Origin: Patescibacteria group bacterium
GTDB lineage: Bacteria; Patescibacteriota; Minisyncoccia; Phycocordibacterales; PALSA-1337
Assembly (NCBI GenBank): GCA_040388415.1
Contig: JAZKBV010000002.1
Span: forward strand, 136,131 to 200,130
Length of the DNA stretch: 64,000 nt
Reading direction: 5' to 3'
How positions within the stretch are numbered: position 1 is the stretch's first letter; each line of letters begins with the position of its first letter. Shown here one piece after another: positions 1 to 9,273 of the stretch. Below the pieces are notes generated by a model. The model was not told the DNA's origin, ran no database searches, and worked only from the letters and a program-made list of their open reading frames with translations. The position numbers were made by a program, and so were the translations under genes.

Positions 1-157
1 ATTGATCCGGACAGTGATAGTGGTCGATGCGGTATCTGAAAGATTCGCTTGGCGATTGATGTGTGAGGCGAATACATAGAGCGCTGCGCTCACAATAACA
101 ATGACGACAACGAGCGTCCCTACGATAGGGCCGACATTTTTACTCTCTTTTTTTTGC
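1..157 (-). CDS. Hypothetical membrane-anchored protein, N-terminal fragment (runs off the window edge)
   Basis: On the minus strand an ATG at 155-157 opens a frame reading MQKKESKNVGPIVGTLVVVIVIVSAALYVFASHINRQANLSDTAS... A strongly hydrophobic helix follows a basic N-terminus and the frame stays open to position 1. It is not in the ORF track because it is truncated. Confidence 0.3.
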
Positions 158-595
158 ATACGTTGTTTTGCGTGGTGTTGATGAGGCCTGTTCTATTGCG
201 GTACTGATATCATCTACGACATTATTCAATGCTCCGCGGGCTTGCGTCAGTGATGTGTATGCGAGCTGAGATTCACGGTAAGCAGGGCGAGGATTAGTAC
301 CAGTGACCGTCGATGTAGCATTTCCAACAGCGATGGCTGCTGAGTTGAGTGCCTGGCCAGCAATCTCAAATGAAGCGATAGGTGCGGTCATATCTGTGCC
401 CGAGGCGACCTCTTTGTCTATGCGCATTTGTATACGATCACTAATATTCTGTAAGTTGGCGAGTGACAGTTCGAGTGGTGCCAAAAGGATACTATTACGG
501 AAGTCACGCCCTATTTTGCGTTCGTAGCGAGACTCATATCCTTGGCGGACATTTTCTCCAAAATTGAATATATCAGGAATGTTGAAGAACATCAT
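140..595 (-). CDS. Hypothetical protein (151 aa, Ala/Ser/Thr-rich, no recognisable motif)
   Basis: Full ORF in the six-frame track with no conserved family motif recognised. It shares an operon position with the downstream membrane fragment. Confidence 0.35.
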   Translation of the reverse strand: MMFFNIPDIFNFGENVRQGYESRYERKIGRDFRNSILLAPLELSLANLQNISDRIQMRIDKEVASGTDMTAPIASFEIAGQALNSAAIAVGNATSTVTGTNPRPAYRESQLAYTSLTQARGALNNVVDDISTAIEQASSTPRKTTYAKKRE

Positions 596-602
596 AAGAG
601 TA

Positions 603-1121
603 TTATTTCTTGTTAGCGTACAACTTTACACCTTCTTCGAAGGCCTCTTTTGCTTCTTTTGAGCCACTAAAACCTTTGACGATCACTTCCTTGTCCTGCA
701 AGTTCTTGTAGGTCGCATAGAAGTGGGCGATCTCACGGAGCGTGTGCTTGTTGAGGTCAGTGAGGTCTTTGACGTCGCTCCAGCGAGGATCTTTGACTGG
801 TACAGCGATGATCTTGCTGTCTTCTTCGCCTGAATCATTGATGTTAGCGATAGCTACTGGGCGAACTTTTACGAGGATGCCTGGCATGAGGGGATATGTG
901 GTGAATACGATCACATCGAGCGGGTCGCCATCGTGCCACAATGTTTGAGGTACAAAGCCGTAGTCGAATGGAAACTCCTGACTGGTATGGAGAACACGAT
1001 CAAGCGCTATGATGCCTGACTCTTTGTTGACTTCATATTTGTTACCTGAACCTTTGGCGATTTCGATGATGACATTCATCTCCTCTGCAGTTCCTGGTTT
1101 TATATCATGTACTAAGTGCAT
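603..1121 (-). CDS. ppa: Inorganic pyrophosphatase (family I)
   Basis: Motifs DYGFVP, DGDPLDVIV and the overall length (172 aa) are typical of family I soluble PPase. Confidence 0.9.
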   Translation of the reverse strand: MHLVHDIKPGTAEEMNVIIEIAKGSGNKYEVNKESGIIALDRVLHTSQEFPFDYGFVPQTLWHDGDPLDVIVFTTYPLMPGILVKVRPVAIANINDSGEEDSKIIAVPVKDPRWSDVKDLTDLNKHTLREIAHFYATYKNLQDKEVIVKGFSGSKEAKEAFEEGVKLYANKK

Positions 1122-1151
1122 AGTGATATTGTATCAAATTTAATGAATAAG

Positions 1152-2297
1152 TTATTCAACAGCTTCTTCTACAGCAGCTTTTTCTGCGCCTTGTGATTTG
1201 ATATCGATCTTCCAACCAGTAAGTTTTGCTGCAAGACGGACATTCTGACCACCCTTACCGATAGCGAGAGATTGCTCATCTTCGGTAACAGTGACGATTG
1301 CACGATGTTCTTTTTCATCGAGCTCAAGGCTGATAACTTCAGCAGGAGAGAGCGATTCTTCGATAAAGAGTGCAGGATCCTCGTTCCATTCGACAATGTC
1401 TATCTTCTCGCCTGAGAGCTCACTGGTGACTGTTGAAACACGAACACCACGCTGACCAACCATAGAACCGATCGGGTCTATATGACTGTCATGTGATACA
1501 ACGGCAACCTTTGAGCGTGAACCAGCTTCACGAGCGATGCCTTTGATCTCAACGATACCCTGAGCGATCTCTGGAGCTTCTGTTTCAAAAAGCTTTGCAA
1601 GGAAACGAGGATGTGAACGAGAAAGCTTGAGAACGATACCGCGTGGGCTTTCTTCTACAGCGTAGAGATAGGCACGGATACGGTCACCAGTCTTCCAGCG
1701 CTCGCTCGGGATCTGCTCTTCGTATGAGATGACACCGAGAGCGCGTCCCATGTTGACGAAGACAGTGCCGCGTTCGACGCGCTCGACGGTTCCAGCGACG
1801 ATCTCGCCTTCTTTTGCGCCGTATTCACCCATGACTGAGACCTTCTCAGCTTCACGGATCTTTTGGATGATGATCTGCTTTGCTGTTTGTGCAGCGATGC
1901 GACCAAAATCAGCTTTGACCTCGAGAGGGAAGACGAGTTCATCACCAACGACTGCGTCGCGCTTGATGCGGCGAGCGTCTTCTATGAGCATGTGCTGCTC
2001 TGCATTGAAGCGGATCTTGATGTCATCGACGTTGGTGTCTTTGAGGTCGATGTCTTGCTCCTCGTCACCTTCCATGATGACTTGGTCGCGATCGACGACG
2101 ACTTTTACCTGCCAAAATTCAACACCGCCAGTTTTTTCATCAAATGATGCGCGGACAATCTGGCCTTTCTTTCCGTATTCTTTCTTATAAGCAGTTGCGA
2201 GAGACATGGCAATAGCTTCCAAGGTCTTTTCCTTTGGAATACCACGCTCTTCTTCAAGCTGGGCGACGACTGAGTTTATGACTTTGAGATCAAACAT
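1152..2297 (-). CDS. nusA: Transcription termination/antitermination factor NusA
   Basis: NusA N-terminal domain followed by an S1 domain (GEIVAGTVERVERGTVFVNMG) and two KH domains. Length 381 aa. Confidence 0.9.
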   Translation of the reverse strand: MFDLKVINSVVAQLEEERGIPKEKTLEAIAMSLATAYKKEYGKKGQIVRASFDEKTGGVEFWQVKVVVDRDQVIMEGDEEQDIDLKDTNVDDIKIRFNAEQHMLIEDARRIKRDAVVGDELVFPLEVKADFGRIAAQTAKQIIIQKIREAEKVSVMGEYGAKEGEIVAGTVERVERGTVFVNMGRALGVISYEEQIPSERWKTGDRIRAYLYAVEESPRGIVLKLSRSHPRFLAKLFETEAPEIAQGIVEIKGIAREAGSRSKVAVVSHDSHIDPIGSMVGQRGVRVSTVTSELSGEKIDIVEWNEDPALFIEESLSPAEVISLELDEKEHRAIVTVTEDEQSLAIGKGGQNVRLAAKLTGWKIDIKSQGAEKAAVEEAVE

Positions 2298-2335
2298 ATA
2301 TGTAATTGTTACGTTCGGTTATTAAGTTGTAATGA

Positions 2336-2369
2336 GGCTTTTGGCCTTATTTTAAGGGCTTTTTGGCCC
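2336..2369 (-). promoter_or_regulatory. Two tandem GC hairpins (GGCTTTTGGCC and GGGCTTTTTGGCCC) in the nusA 5' leader
   Basis: Seen directly in the sequence. On the minus strand they read GGGCCAAAAAGCCC ttaaaataa GGCCAAAAGCC, immediately 5' of the nusA start. Confidence 0.3.
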
Positions 2370-2674
2370 CTATTTAACGAAAATGTCCGCCGGTGGGCGA
2401 ACTGTTACTTACTAAAGTAGTATAGCAGATTGGGGAGGAAAAGCAAGTCTAAGTATAGACATATTCATACTTTCAATGTATAACATCTATCAGTACTCGT
2501 GCCTGTGAGTATAGAGAATGTATGAAGTATTTTTAGGGCCGGAAGCTCTTGAAAATGGCCGGAAGCCCATACGCTCAAAATAAGGCATTGTTCATTATGT
2601 TCATTACAACTAAAGTAAGTAGATTCAACCTAAAGTCTGTTCCCCGTATCTTCATACGGGGGTGGGAAGGTCAG

Positions 2675-3259
2675 ATGCTTAACCGTTATAACAACTTAGA
2701 AAAAATCCAAGCACGTTGCAGGAGCTATATTTCCTGGTTAAGATCCACATCGATTATTGTTGGGATTGGGGTTATCCTCGGCTTCTTTCTGGCAAGTCCA
2801 GTCTCAAATTACGAAGCATTTTCACCGCAGTGGCTTGCTCTCGTGTTGCCGTTTGCAATTGTTGTTGCCATGTTGTGCTGGATATTCAACTTACTCCTAA
2901 TTCCTTCGGTTTATTTTGTATTAATGAGGAGTTTTGTTAACCAATACAGCGAACTGGTTCACTTATTAAATCATGAGTGGAAATATGGATTTGAATTTCC
3001 GACTGGAGGTCCGGGTGTTCTGCCAACATATGAGAATGTTGAACCGTTCGTCCGTGAAAAGCTCACCAAACTAGCTTCTCAAATCAAAGTGCTCGAAAAT
3101 CCAAAAGCAGACTGGGGTGGTTGCCTGGGTGGCGGGCCTGATCCAGTGGAATTGCGTAAAGAATTTGCGCACAAATTTGATACGCTAAAGCCTTTTGGAC
3201 TTGTTTACCCTGACTATGCACCCTATTTTGATCCTCAGGGTTCGTATCTTTACGCGTAA
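2675..3259 (+). CDS. Hypothetical membrane protein (two TM helices plus a soluble C-terminal domain)
   Basis: The ORF-track frame runs 2549-3259. The internal start at 2675 (MLNRYNN) is preceded by a GGAAGG RBS-like motif. The upstream part overlaps the nusA promoter region. Confidence 0.4.
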   Translation: MLNRYNNLEKIQARCRSYISWLRSTSIIVGIGVILGFFLASPVSNYEAFSPQWLALVLPFAIVVAMLCWIFNLLLIPSVYFVLMRSFVNQYSELVHLLNHEWKYGFEFPTGGPGVLPTYENVEPFVREKLTKLASQIKVLENPKADWGGCLGGGPDPVELRKEFAHKFDTLKPFGLVYPDYAPYFDPQGSYLYA

Positions 3260-3279
3260 TTCTTACAGGACTTAATCTT

Positions 3280-3312
3280 AACCCGCCAGCTTCACTGCTT
3301 GCGGGTTTTTTA
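3280..3312 (+). terminator. Rho-independent terminator (10/11 bp stem AACCCGCCAGC/GCTTGCGGGTT plus T-run)
   Basis: Hairpin and TTTTTTATT seen directly after the 2675-3259 gene. Confidence 0.6.
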
Positions 3313-3418
3313 TTACCATATTTTCCTTAATTACCCACACATCAAACCTATTTACATCTGTTATAATGTAGACAAGTTCTACTTTTGCTTTTTGCCTTTT
3401 AAATTTTGATTTATATCC

Positions 3419-5167
3419 ATGCTCATCGAAGATACCCAGCTCTATAAATTCATCCTCGACTCTGGACTTGTATCCAAAGAGGATTTGGAAAATGCCAAAA
3501 AAGAGTCAGACGATACTAACAAGCGCCTGGGCGATGTTCTTGTGACTGCAGGCAAGATCACTGCCGATAACCTTCGTCGCATGCAGGCATATGTTCTCGG
3601 TATTCCTTTCGTCGATCTCAAAAATAGAAAACTGCCGACTGACACGCTCTCGCTCATCCCTGAGCCGATTGCTCGTGGTCACAACATTGTCGCATTCAAG
3701 AAAACCGACACTTCGCTCGAAGTCGCCATGCTCGACGTGAACGATCTTTCTGCTATCGATTTCATCAAAAAGAAGGTTCACCTCAAGATCTTGCCGCGTT
3801 TGACCGACAGCGAGTCCATCAAAGAAGCCCTTGTTCAATATCAAAAAAGCCTCAAGGCAGAATTCGGCGACCTGATCCAAAAGGAAACTGATACAATCAA
3901 GATGATCTCTGAAGAGAGAGGGGAGACCGCTTCAGAGGAGGATCTCAAAAAGATCGCTGAAGATCTTCCGGTGGTGCGTATTGTAGATACGCTTATCAAG
4001 CATGCCATCCTCCAAAATGCATCTGATATTCATATTGAGCCAATGGAAGAGCAGGTGCTCGTCCGTTACCGCATCGATGGGCTCCTACATGATGCCATGG
4101 TGCTCCCACGTCAGGCTGGCCCTTCAGTGTCTGCTCGTATCAAAGTGCTCTCGAACCTCAAGCTCGATGAAAAACGCTTGCCTCAAGACGGCCGTTTCAA
4201 GGTGGACCTGACGAATGAAAAAGTTTCATTCCGTGTTTCTATCTTGCCTACATACTATGGTGAAAAGATCGTTATGCGTCTCTTACGTGAAAATATCTCT
4301 GGCTTCACGTTGGAGTATCTTCATTTCCACGGTGAAGGGCTCGAACGTATCCATGATGCTCTCAAGCAGACGACGGGCATGATACTCACTACTGGCCCGA
4401 CCGGTTCCGGTAAAACAACGTCCCTCTATACTATGTTGGATCTTTTGAATACGCCTGACGTGAACATTTCTACTATCGAAGATCCGATCGAATATCAAAT
4501 GGCGCGTATCAATCAAACCCAAGTACGTCCAGAGATCGGTTTCTCTTTTTCGCAGGGTATCCGTACACTTGTCCGTCAGGATCCAGATATCATCATGGTG
4601 GGTGAGATTCGCGACAATGAAACCGCTGCGCTTGCAGTCAACGCTGCGCTTACTGGTCACCTTGTGCTTTCGACGCTCCACACCAACTCAGCAGCTGGCG
4701 CTATCCCGCGTCTCCTTGATATGAAAGTTGAGCCGTTTTTGCTCGTATCGACTCTCGACATTGTCATTGGTCAACGTCTCGTGCGCGCGCTGACCGACTC
4801 GAAAACGGCCTATGAGCTCTCGAAAGCGGAGTTCGCTCAGCTTGAAAAGCGCCTCAATATGGATGCGGTGCTTACAGCGCTCAAGGCAGACAAAGTTCTC
4901 AAAGAAAATGCCACCTGGAGTGATGTTACTTTCTACAAAGCAGTTCCAGGCGTCGATGATGATGGGTTCAAAGGCCGCGTTGGTATCCATGAAATATTGA
5001 AGATGACGCCAACGATCAGAGAATTGATCATGAAAGGAGAAACATCTTCTGCTATCGAAGCGCAAGCAAAGAAGGAGGGCATGCTCACCATGCTCGAAGA
5101 TGGCATATACAAGTGCGCGGCGGGTATGACGACCATTGAGGAAGTGCTTCGCGTCGTTTCTGAATAG
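3419..5167 (+). CDS. pilB: Type IV pilus assembly ATPase PilB (GspE family)
   Basis: N-terminal T2SSE_N-like domains and Walker A TGPTGSGKTT. Asp and His boxes are present (LRQDPDIIMVGEIRD, HLVLSTLHTN). Length 582 aa. Confidence 0.9.
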   Translation: MLIEDTQLYKFILDSGLVSKEDLENAKKESDDTNKRLGDVLVTAGKITADNLRRMQAYVLGIPFVDLKNRKLPTDTLSLIPEPIARGHNIVAFKKTDTSLEVAMLDVNDLSAIDFIKKKVHLKILPRLTDSESIKEALVQYQKSLKAEFGDLIQKETDTIKMISEERGETASEEDLKKIAEDLPVVRIVDTLIKHAILQNASDIHIEPMEEQVLVRYRIDGLLHDAMVLPRQAGPSVSARIKVLSNLKLDEKRLPQDGRFKVDLTNEKVSFRVSILPTYYGEKIVMRLLRENISGFTLEYLHFHGEGLERIHDALKQTTGMILTTGPTGSGKTTSLYTMLDLLNTPDVNISTIEDPIEYQMARINQTQVRPEIGFSFSQGIRTLVRQDPDIIMVGEIRDNETAALAVNAALTGHLVLSTLHTNSAAGAIPRLLDMKVEPFLLVSTLDIVIGQRLVRALTDSKTAYELSKAEFAQLEKRLNMDAVLTALKADKVLKENATWSDVTFYKAVPGVDDDGFKGRVGIHEILKMTPTIRELIMKGETSSAIEAQAKKEGMLTMLEDGIYKCAAGMTTIEEVLRVVSE

Positions 5168-5183
5168 TTTTTAATATTATTTT

Positions 5184-6404
5184 ATGTCTCATTTTATCTT
5201 TAAAGTAAAAAAGCCAAGCGGTGAAGTTGTCTCAAATGAACGAGATGCAGCTGACCGCTATGAGCTGTACCGTCTGATACATGAGAGCGGCGATGAGCTC
5301 ATCTCCATCCAAGAAAAGAAAAAGCGAAGCGCTGGACTTAAGATGAACATATCATTCAACTTCATGAAGTCAGTCAAAGCGATCGATAAGATCAACTTTG
5401 CCCGAAATCTCGGATCAATGATCGAAGCGGGATTGCCGCTCTCACGCGCTCTCTCAGTTCTTGAGCGTCAAGCACATAATAAAAACCTCAAAGACGTCAT
5501 TAACGCGGTGCGAGACAATATTGACAAAGGTCTCACTTTTTCTGATGCATTGGCAAAGCACCCAAAGGTATTCACTGAACTCTTTGTCTCAATGGTCCAT
5601 GCGGGCGAACAGTCAGGAACCTTGGCGGATTCGCTTAAGATAGTTGCATCACAGCTCGAAAGCGCGCATAACCTTGAACGACGTGTGCGCGGCGCTCTCA
5701 TGTATCCTGCCGTGATCATCTGTGCCATGGTTATCGTCGGTATATTGATGTTTACATTCGTAATTCCAACACTCATGAAGACATTCGTTGATCTTCACGT
5801 TGCCTTGCCGTTCACAACTCAGATTATCCTCAATATCAGTAACGTTATCCAGAATTACGGTATATTTTTACTTATTGGTGCTGTTATTGTCGGTTTTGTT
5901 TTTATTCGTTGGTCAAAGACCGCTCAAGGAAAAAATATCAATCATCGTCTCATGATTAAGTTGCCTATCCTTGGTGGCTTGGTGCAGGAGGTCAATACTG
6001 CCCGTACTGCCCGCACTCTCGCTTCTCTCCTCGGTGCAGGCGTTGATTTCGTCGAATCAGTTTCAATCACTGCTCAAGTCATTCAAAATGTCCACTTCCG
6101 TGCCGTGCTCGATCAGGCGGGCGAAGCGATCAAAAAGGGAGGTCTCATGTCAAAGATATTCGCTGATAATGTGAAGCTGTATCCTATATTCCTTTCAGAG
6201 ATGATGAGCGTGGGTGAAGAGACCGGTAAGATCGGTGAGATGCTCTCTGGCGTCGCGCGCTACTACGAAGACGATGTGGATCAAAAAACCAAAGATATGT
6301 CGACGATCATCGAACCAGTCATCATGATTGTCATCGCTGCCGGCGTCGGCTTCTTTGCGGTTGCCATGATCTCGCCGATGTACTCGCTCGTGAATGTTAT
6401 TTAA
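5184..6404 (+). CDS. pilC: Type IV pilus inner-membrane platform protein PilC (GspF family)
   Basis: Two repeated T2SSF domains and three TM segments. It sits immediately downstream of pilB. Length 406 aa. Confidence 0.9.
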   Translation: MSHFIFKVKKPSGEVVSNERDAADRYELYRLIHESGDELISIQEKKKRSAGLKMNISFNFMKSVKAIDKINFARNLGSMIEAGLPLSRALSVLERQAHNKNLKDVINAVRDNIDKGLTFSDALAKHPKVFTELFVSMVHAGEQSGTLADSLKIVASQLESAHNLERRVRGALMYPAVIICAMVIVGILMFTFVIPTLMKTFVDLHVALPFTTQIILNISNVIQNYGIFLLIGAVIVGFVFIRWSKTAQGKNINHRLMIKLPILGGLVQEVNTARTARTLASLLGAGVDFVESVSITAQVIQNVHFRAVLDQAGEAIKKGGLMSKIFADNVKLYPIFLSEMMSVGEETGKIGEMLSGVARYYEDDVDQKTKDMSTIIEPVIMIVIAAGVGFFAVAMISPMYSLVNVI

Positions 6405-6411
6405 AGAAATG

Positions 6412-6443
6412 AAAAATCGCTCACGTTATGTGAGCGATTTTTT
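6412..6443. terminator. Bidirectional rho-independent terminator between convergent pilC and the pilin operon
   Basis: AAAAATCGCTCAC-gtta-GTGAGCGATTTTT is a perfect 13 bp stem flanked by an A-run and a T-run. Confidence 0.75.
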
Positions 6444-7756
6444 TATATTTCAGACCAACCGAGTATGTTGTATCCACCACCTGGACCTGCTTCAAAAAGG
6501 GTATTTGGAAGGCCGGTATCGTACGTAACATTTGCACTCTGAGTAAGTGCAATCTTATACGCAGTAACTTCTTTCAAGCTTACGCTCTGGCTCAAAGAAA
6601 TGAGTCCATGAATTGCGTATCCAACGAGCGCAGTTGAACTCTGTCCAACACTGATAGCTTGGGTGGAGCCACCATTTTCCGCACTGCTGTTTTGAGCAAT
6701 CATGAATACAAATGAATTTGCTGAACCTGAACCTGAGAAAGAGGAGCCTTGACCGAGGTCTATCGTGCCGCTCGTTGTTGATGCGCTTGGATTATCAGCA
6801 ATGATGGCAACGTTTTGGCTGCCAAGGCCAGGTGATATAGCAATTTTTGAACTTTGCGTCATAGTTATATTTCCAACAACCCAGAGGTGTCCAGTTGCAG
6901 TCAACGTAGTGCCATTTCCACTGATATTCAAATTGCACGGTATTTTTTTTGGACCCAAAGGCATATCGCTTGAAATGGTGTACGAACCATTTGTGCATAC
7001 AACAGTTCCGCCTGTAGCTGCGTCTGCTTCCCATTCATGGATCTGGTCATCATCGATTGGAAGTGGCACTGTTGGTTGATCAGTGCTTCCTGGGTGCTTT
7101 GTTCCAGTAGTGTGTGTGGTTGTATAGCTATCAATTGTACTTGTACTAAAGTAGTAAGCATCCTTGCTTGCAGCTGAATTTAATAGAGTATGCGCGTATA
7201 GATTTCCTGACGAGGCAATAACTCCGTTAATTAAACCAGTTGGACCAGATGATATGACATCCCCATATATCACATTCTTGTTATAGCTGGTAACAGAGCC
7301 ACCCGAAAAAACATTTCCTGTAATAGTTGAACTATTATCTAATGTAAATCCACCCTCACCAGACTGGATACCATAGTGAAATGCAATGCCTGTACCGAGG
7401 GTCAAGTCTATTTGAATATTTCTTTGGTAGGCATTTCCTGGCGAAGTCACAGTAATCCTTTTACCTGAAGCTGTATTCGCTATTGCTATCATTGCAGTGC
7501 TCGAACCGAGCGTAATAGATCCAGTCGAACCGATAGTTTTACTGTTTTTCAGACGATACAAAGCTTCGTTTGTCGCGCTATCTGCTAATAAAAATGCTTG
7601 TTTTGATTGCATCAGACCGAGCGTCGCAGAGTAGTGCGAGATGATCGGGTAAGCAACACCATTGATGAGCAGGAGAGAGATCGCAAGGAAAAGTATAGTG
7701 TTCAGTATGATCACTTGACCGCTGTTGTAGATATTTTTTTGAATGTGCGTCTGCAT
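6443..7756 (-). CDS. Pilus-associated membrane-anchored Gly/Ser/Thr-rich protein (no prepilin motif), candidate tip or adhesin component
   Basis: It has an N-terminal TM helix but no G-F/Y-T-L-x-E prepilin cleavage motif. It is the last gene of the three-pilin operon. Length 437 aa with low-complexity GSGT repeats. Confidence 0.45.
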   Translation of the reverse strand: MQTHIQKNIYNSGQVIILNTILFLAISLLLINGVAYPIISHYSATLGLMQSKQAFLLADSATNEALYRLKNSKTIGSTGSITLGSSTAMIAIANTASGKRITVTSPGNAYQRNIQIDLTLGTGIAFHYGIQSGEGGFTLDNSSTITGNVFSGGSVTSYNKNVIYGDVISSGPTGLINGVIASSGNLYAHTLLNSAASKDAYYFSTSTIDSYTTTHTTGTKHPGSTDQPTVPLPIDDDQIHEWEADAATGGTVVCTNGSYTISSDMPLGPKKIPCNLNISGNGTTLTATGHLWVVGNITMTQSSKIAISPGLGSQNVAIIADNPSASTTSGTIDLGQGSSFSGSGSANSFVFMIAQNSSAENGGSTQAISVGQSSTALVGYAIHGLISLSQSVSLKEVTAYKIALTQSANVTYDTGLPNTLFEAGPGGGYNILGWSEI

Positions 7757-7761
7757 ATGAT

Positions 7762-8274
7762 TTAGTATGAATTTCTCATGATCGAAACATCGCTATAGGT
7801 GCGCGTTGTCGTGCCCGTCTTTGTGCTGTAGGTGATATCGATATTGAATTTTACCGCTTCAGAGACTCCTGTCAGTATATCTTTTAGATAAAAACGGGTG
7901 ACGGTGATGTCAGTAGGAGAAAGATATTGTAGCGCGCCACTATTTTCTTGGTAACTGATACGTCCACTAGTGAGCGCATATCTTTTGACGATGTTGGAGG
8001 AGTTTACGAGCGCGTTAAGCGACAGCGTGCCTGAACTTGTTGCGAATGCAGTGTTCGTAGTATCGATGCTCTGTCCCGTGCGTATATCGCGCTCGATGCG
8101 ATCAGCGAGAGTGGTGCCGACTTGGTCGACACGAGATCCAATCGTGGCATTACGATACCAGTTGTATGTCGTGAAGAGAAGCGTCAACATCGCGCCCAAC
8201 AGCAAGATCAATCCAGCTGCATAGATGATTGTCTCAAGCAATGTAAACCCTTTGTTTTTAATTATTATAGACAT
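7762..8274 (-). CDS. Type IV pilin-like protein (prepilin-type N-terminal cleavage/methylation domain)
   Basis: KNKG|FTLLETIIYAAGLILLL is a class III signal with Glu at +5. The ORF-track frame extends to 8316, but the internal Met start at 8274 fits the pilin signal. Confidence 0.75.
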   Translation of the reverse strand: MSIIIKNKGFTLLETIIYAAGLILLLGAMLTLLFTTYNWYRNATIGSRVDQVGTTLADRIERDIRTGQSIDTTNTAFATSSGTLSLNALVNSSNIVKRYALTSGRISYQENSGALQYLSPTDITVTRFYLKDILTGVSEAVKFNIDITYSTKTGTTTRTYSDVSIMRNSY

Positions 8275-8740
8275 TGTGTAAAAGAAGTTGAGCTTGTGCG
8301 AGCGTCGTCGATGCATTGCCGAGAGGGTAGACAGTGATGACCACTTTGCGGGTCTTCAGGTCGACTGTTCCCGACGAGGCAATATCAAAGTTCACGTCGC
8401 GGGTGACTGTACTGAATACAATCGTGCGTACAAATGAGCCAGAAGAGACTTGTTGAGTCGTTGTTGCGCTGTATGTTGTGCCATCCCAGTAGAGATAGTA
8501 GGTTGTGTTGAGGCTGAGAGGGTTGATAGCGCTCGTCCAGTTGGTGTCCCGCATGACGCTTAATGCCTCAGACGCTTCTTCGACAAGCATCGTTGCCTGT
8601 GCATATTGAGTGCCGAGATTGGCGACTTTTATATAGAGTTGCCATGCACCAGCTATGCCGGTTACAGCTATAGCGATGATAGCAGCCGAAACGATGATTT
8701 CAACAACACTCAAGCCTCCTATATAGCGATGCGAACTCAT
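8258..8740 (-). CDS. Type IV pilin-like protein (minor pilin or pseudopilin)
   Basis: GG|LSVVEIIVSAAIIAIAV is a prepilin-like hydrophobic N-terminus with Glu at +5. Confidence 0.65.
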   Translation of the reverse strand: MSSHRYIGGLSVVEIIVSAAIIAIAVTGIAGAWQLYIKVANLGTQYAQATMLVEEASEALSVMRDTNWTSAINPLSLNTTYYLYWDGTTYSATTTQQVSSGSFVRTIVFSTVTRDVNFDIASSGTVDLKTRKVVITVYPLGNASTTLAQAQLLLHNVYNN

Positions 8741-8746
8741 ATAGAA

Positions 8747-9220
8747 TTATTGTATCACACCTACATCGCCTTGATTCTCTATGACAATGTTTCTTTTGTT
8801 CGTATTATCTGATACCAACATCACGGTCACGGTAGCGGTTGTATTTGCTGCGCCAGTCAATCGATCGAATACAATGATGTTATTGGGATCAGTGATCGTT
8901 TCGCTCAATGTGAGGGTGCTATCGACAGGATAGGTGACATTGGTTGATGCTCCTGCACTGTAGGAGGCACCGACGAAAGTGGTATAGGAGGCGGTGTCGA
9001 ACTTGACTCCATAGCTCAGACCATTTTTACCCGCGAGTGCATTGTTTTTTGCGCTCTCAAGAGCGGCTGCGATCGAATCAGTAGTGGTGTTGAGGAGAGC
9101 GTTGCTTCGTGCTGATGAGTACCAATATATGCCTATACCGAGCAAAACGCCGCTGATGGCTATGACCGTCAGTATCTCCATGAGCGTAAAACCGGTAGAG
9201 GCAGGTGCAGGCTGTTTCAT
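8747..9220 (-). CDS. pilA: Type IV pilin (major pilin candidate)
   Basis: STG|FTLMEILTVIAISGVLLGI is a canonical prepilin cleavage/methylation motif. It is the first gene of the operon. Length 157 aa. Confidence 0.8.
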   Translation of the reverse strand: MKQPAPASTGFTLMEILTVIAISGVLLGIGIYWYSSARSNALLNTTTDSIAAALESAKNNALAGKNGLSYGVKFDTASYTTFVGASYSAGASTNVTYPVDSTLTLSETITDPNNIIVFDRLTGAANTTATVTVMLVSDNTNKRNIVIENQGDVGVIQ

Positions 9221-9273
9221 AGGATAATTCTATCATACTGTTACAGATATAGAGCTGTGGTACAATTATTCCC

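Noticed and set aside
1729-2190. 153 aa + strand ORF inside nusA
   Set aside because: It is antisense to a confidently identified NusA with motifs intact. The translation is low-complexity.
6443-7756. Possibility that the 437 aa protein is itself a giant pilin
   Set aside because: No G-(F/Y/L)-(T/S)-L-x-E prepilin cleavage motif is present. The N-terminus is a plain TM anchor, so it was called pilus-associated rather than pilin.
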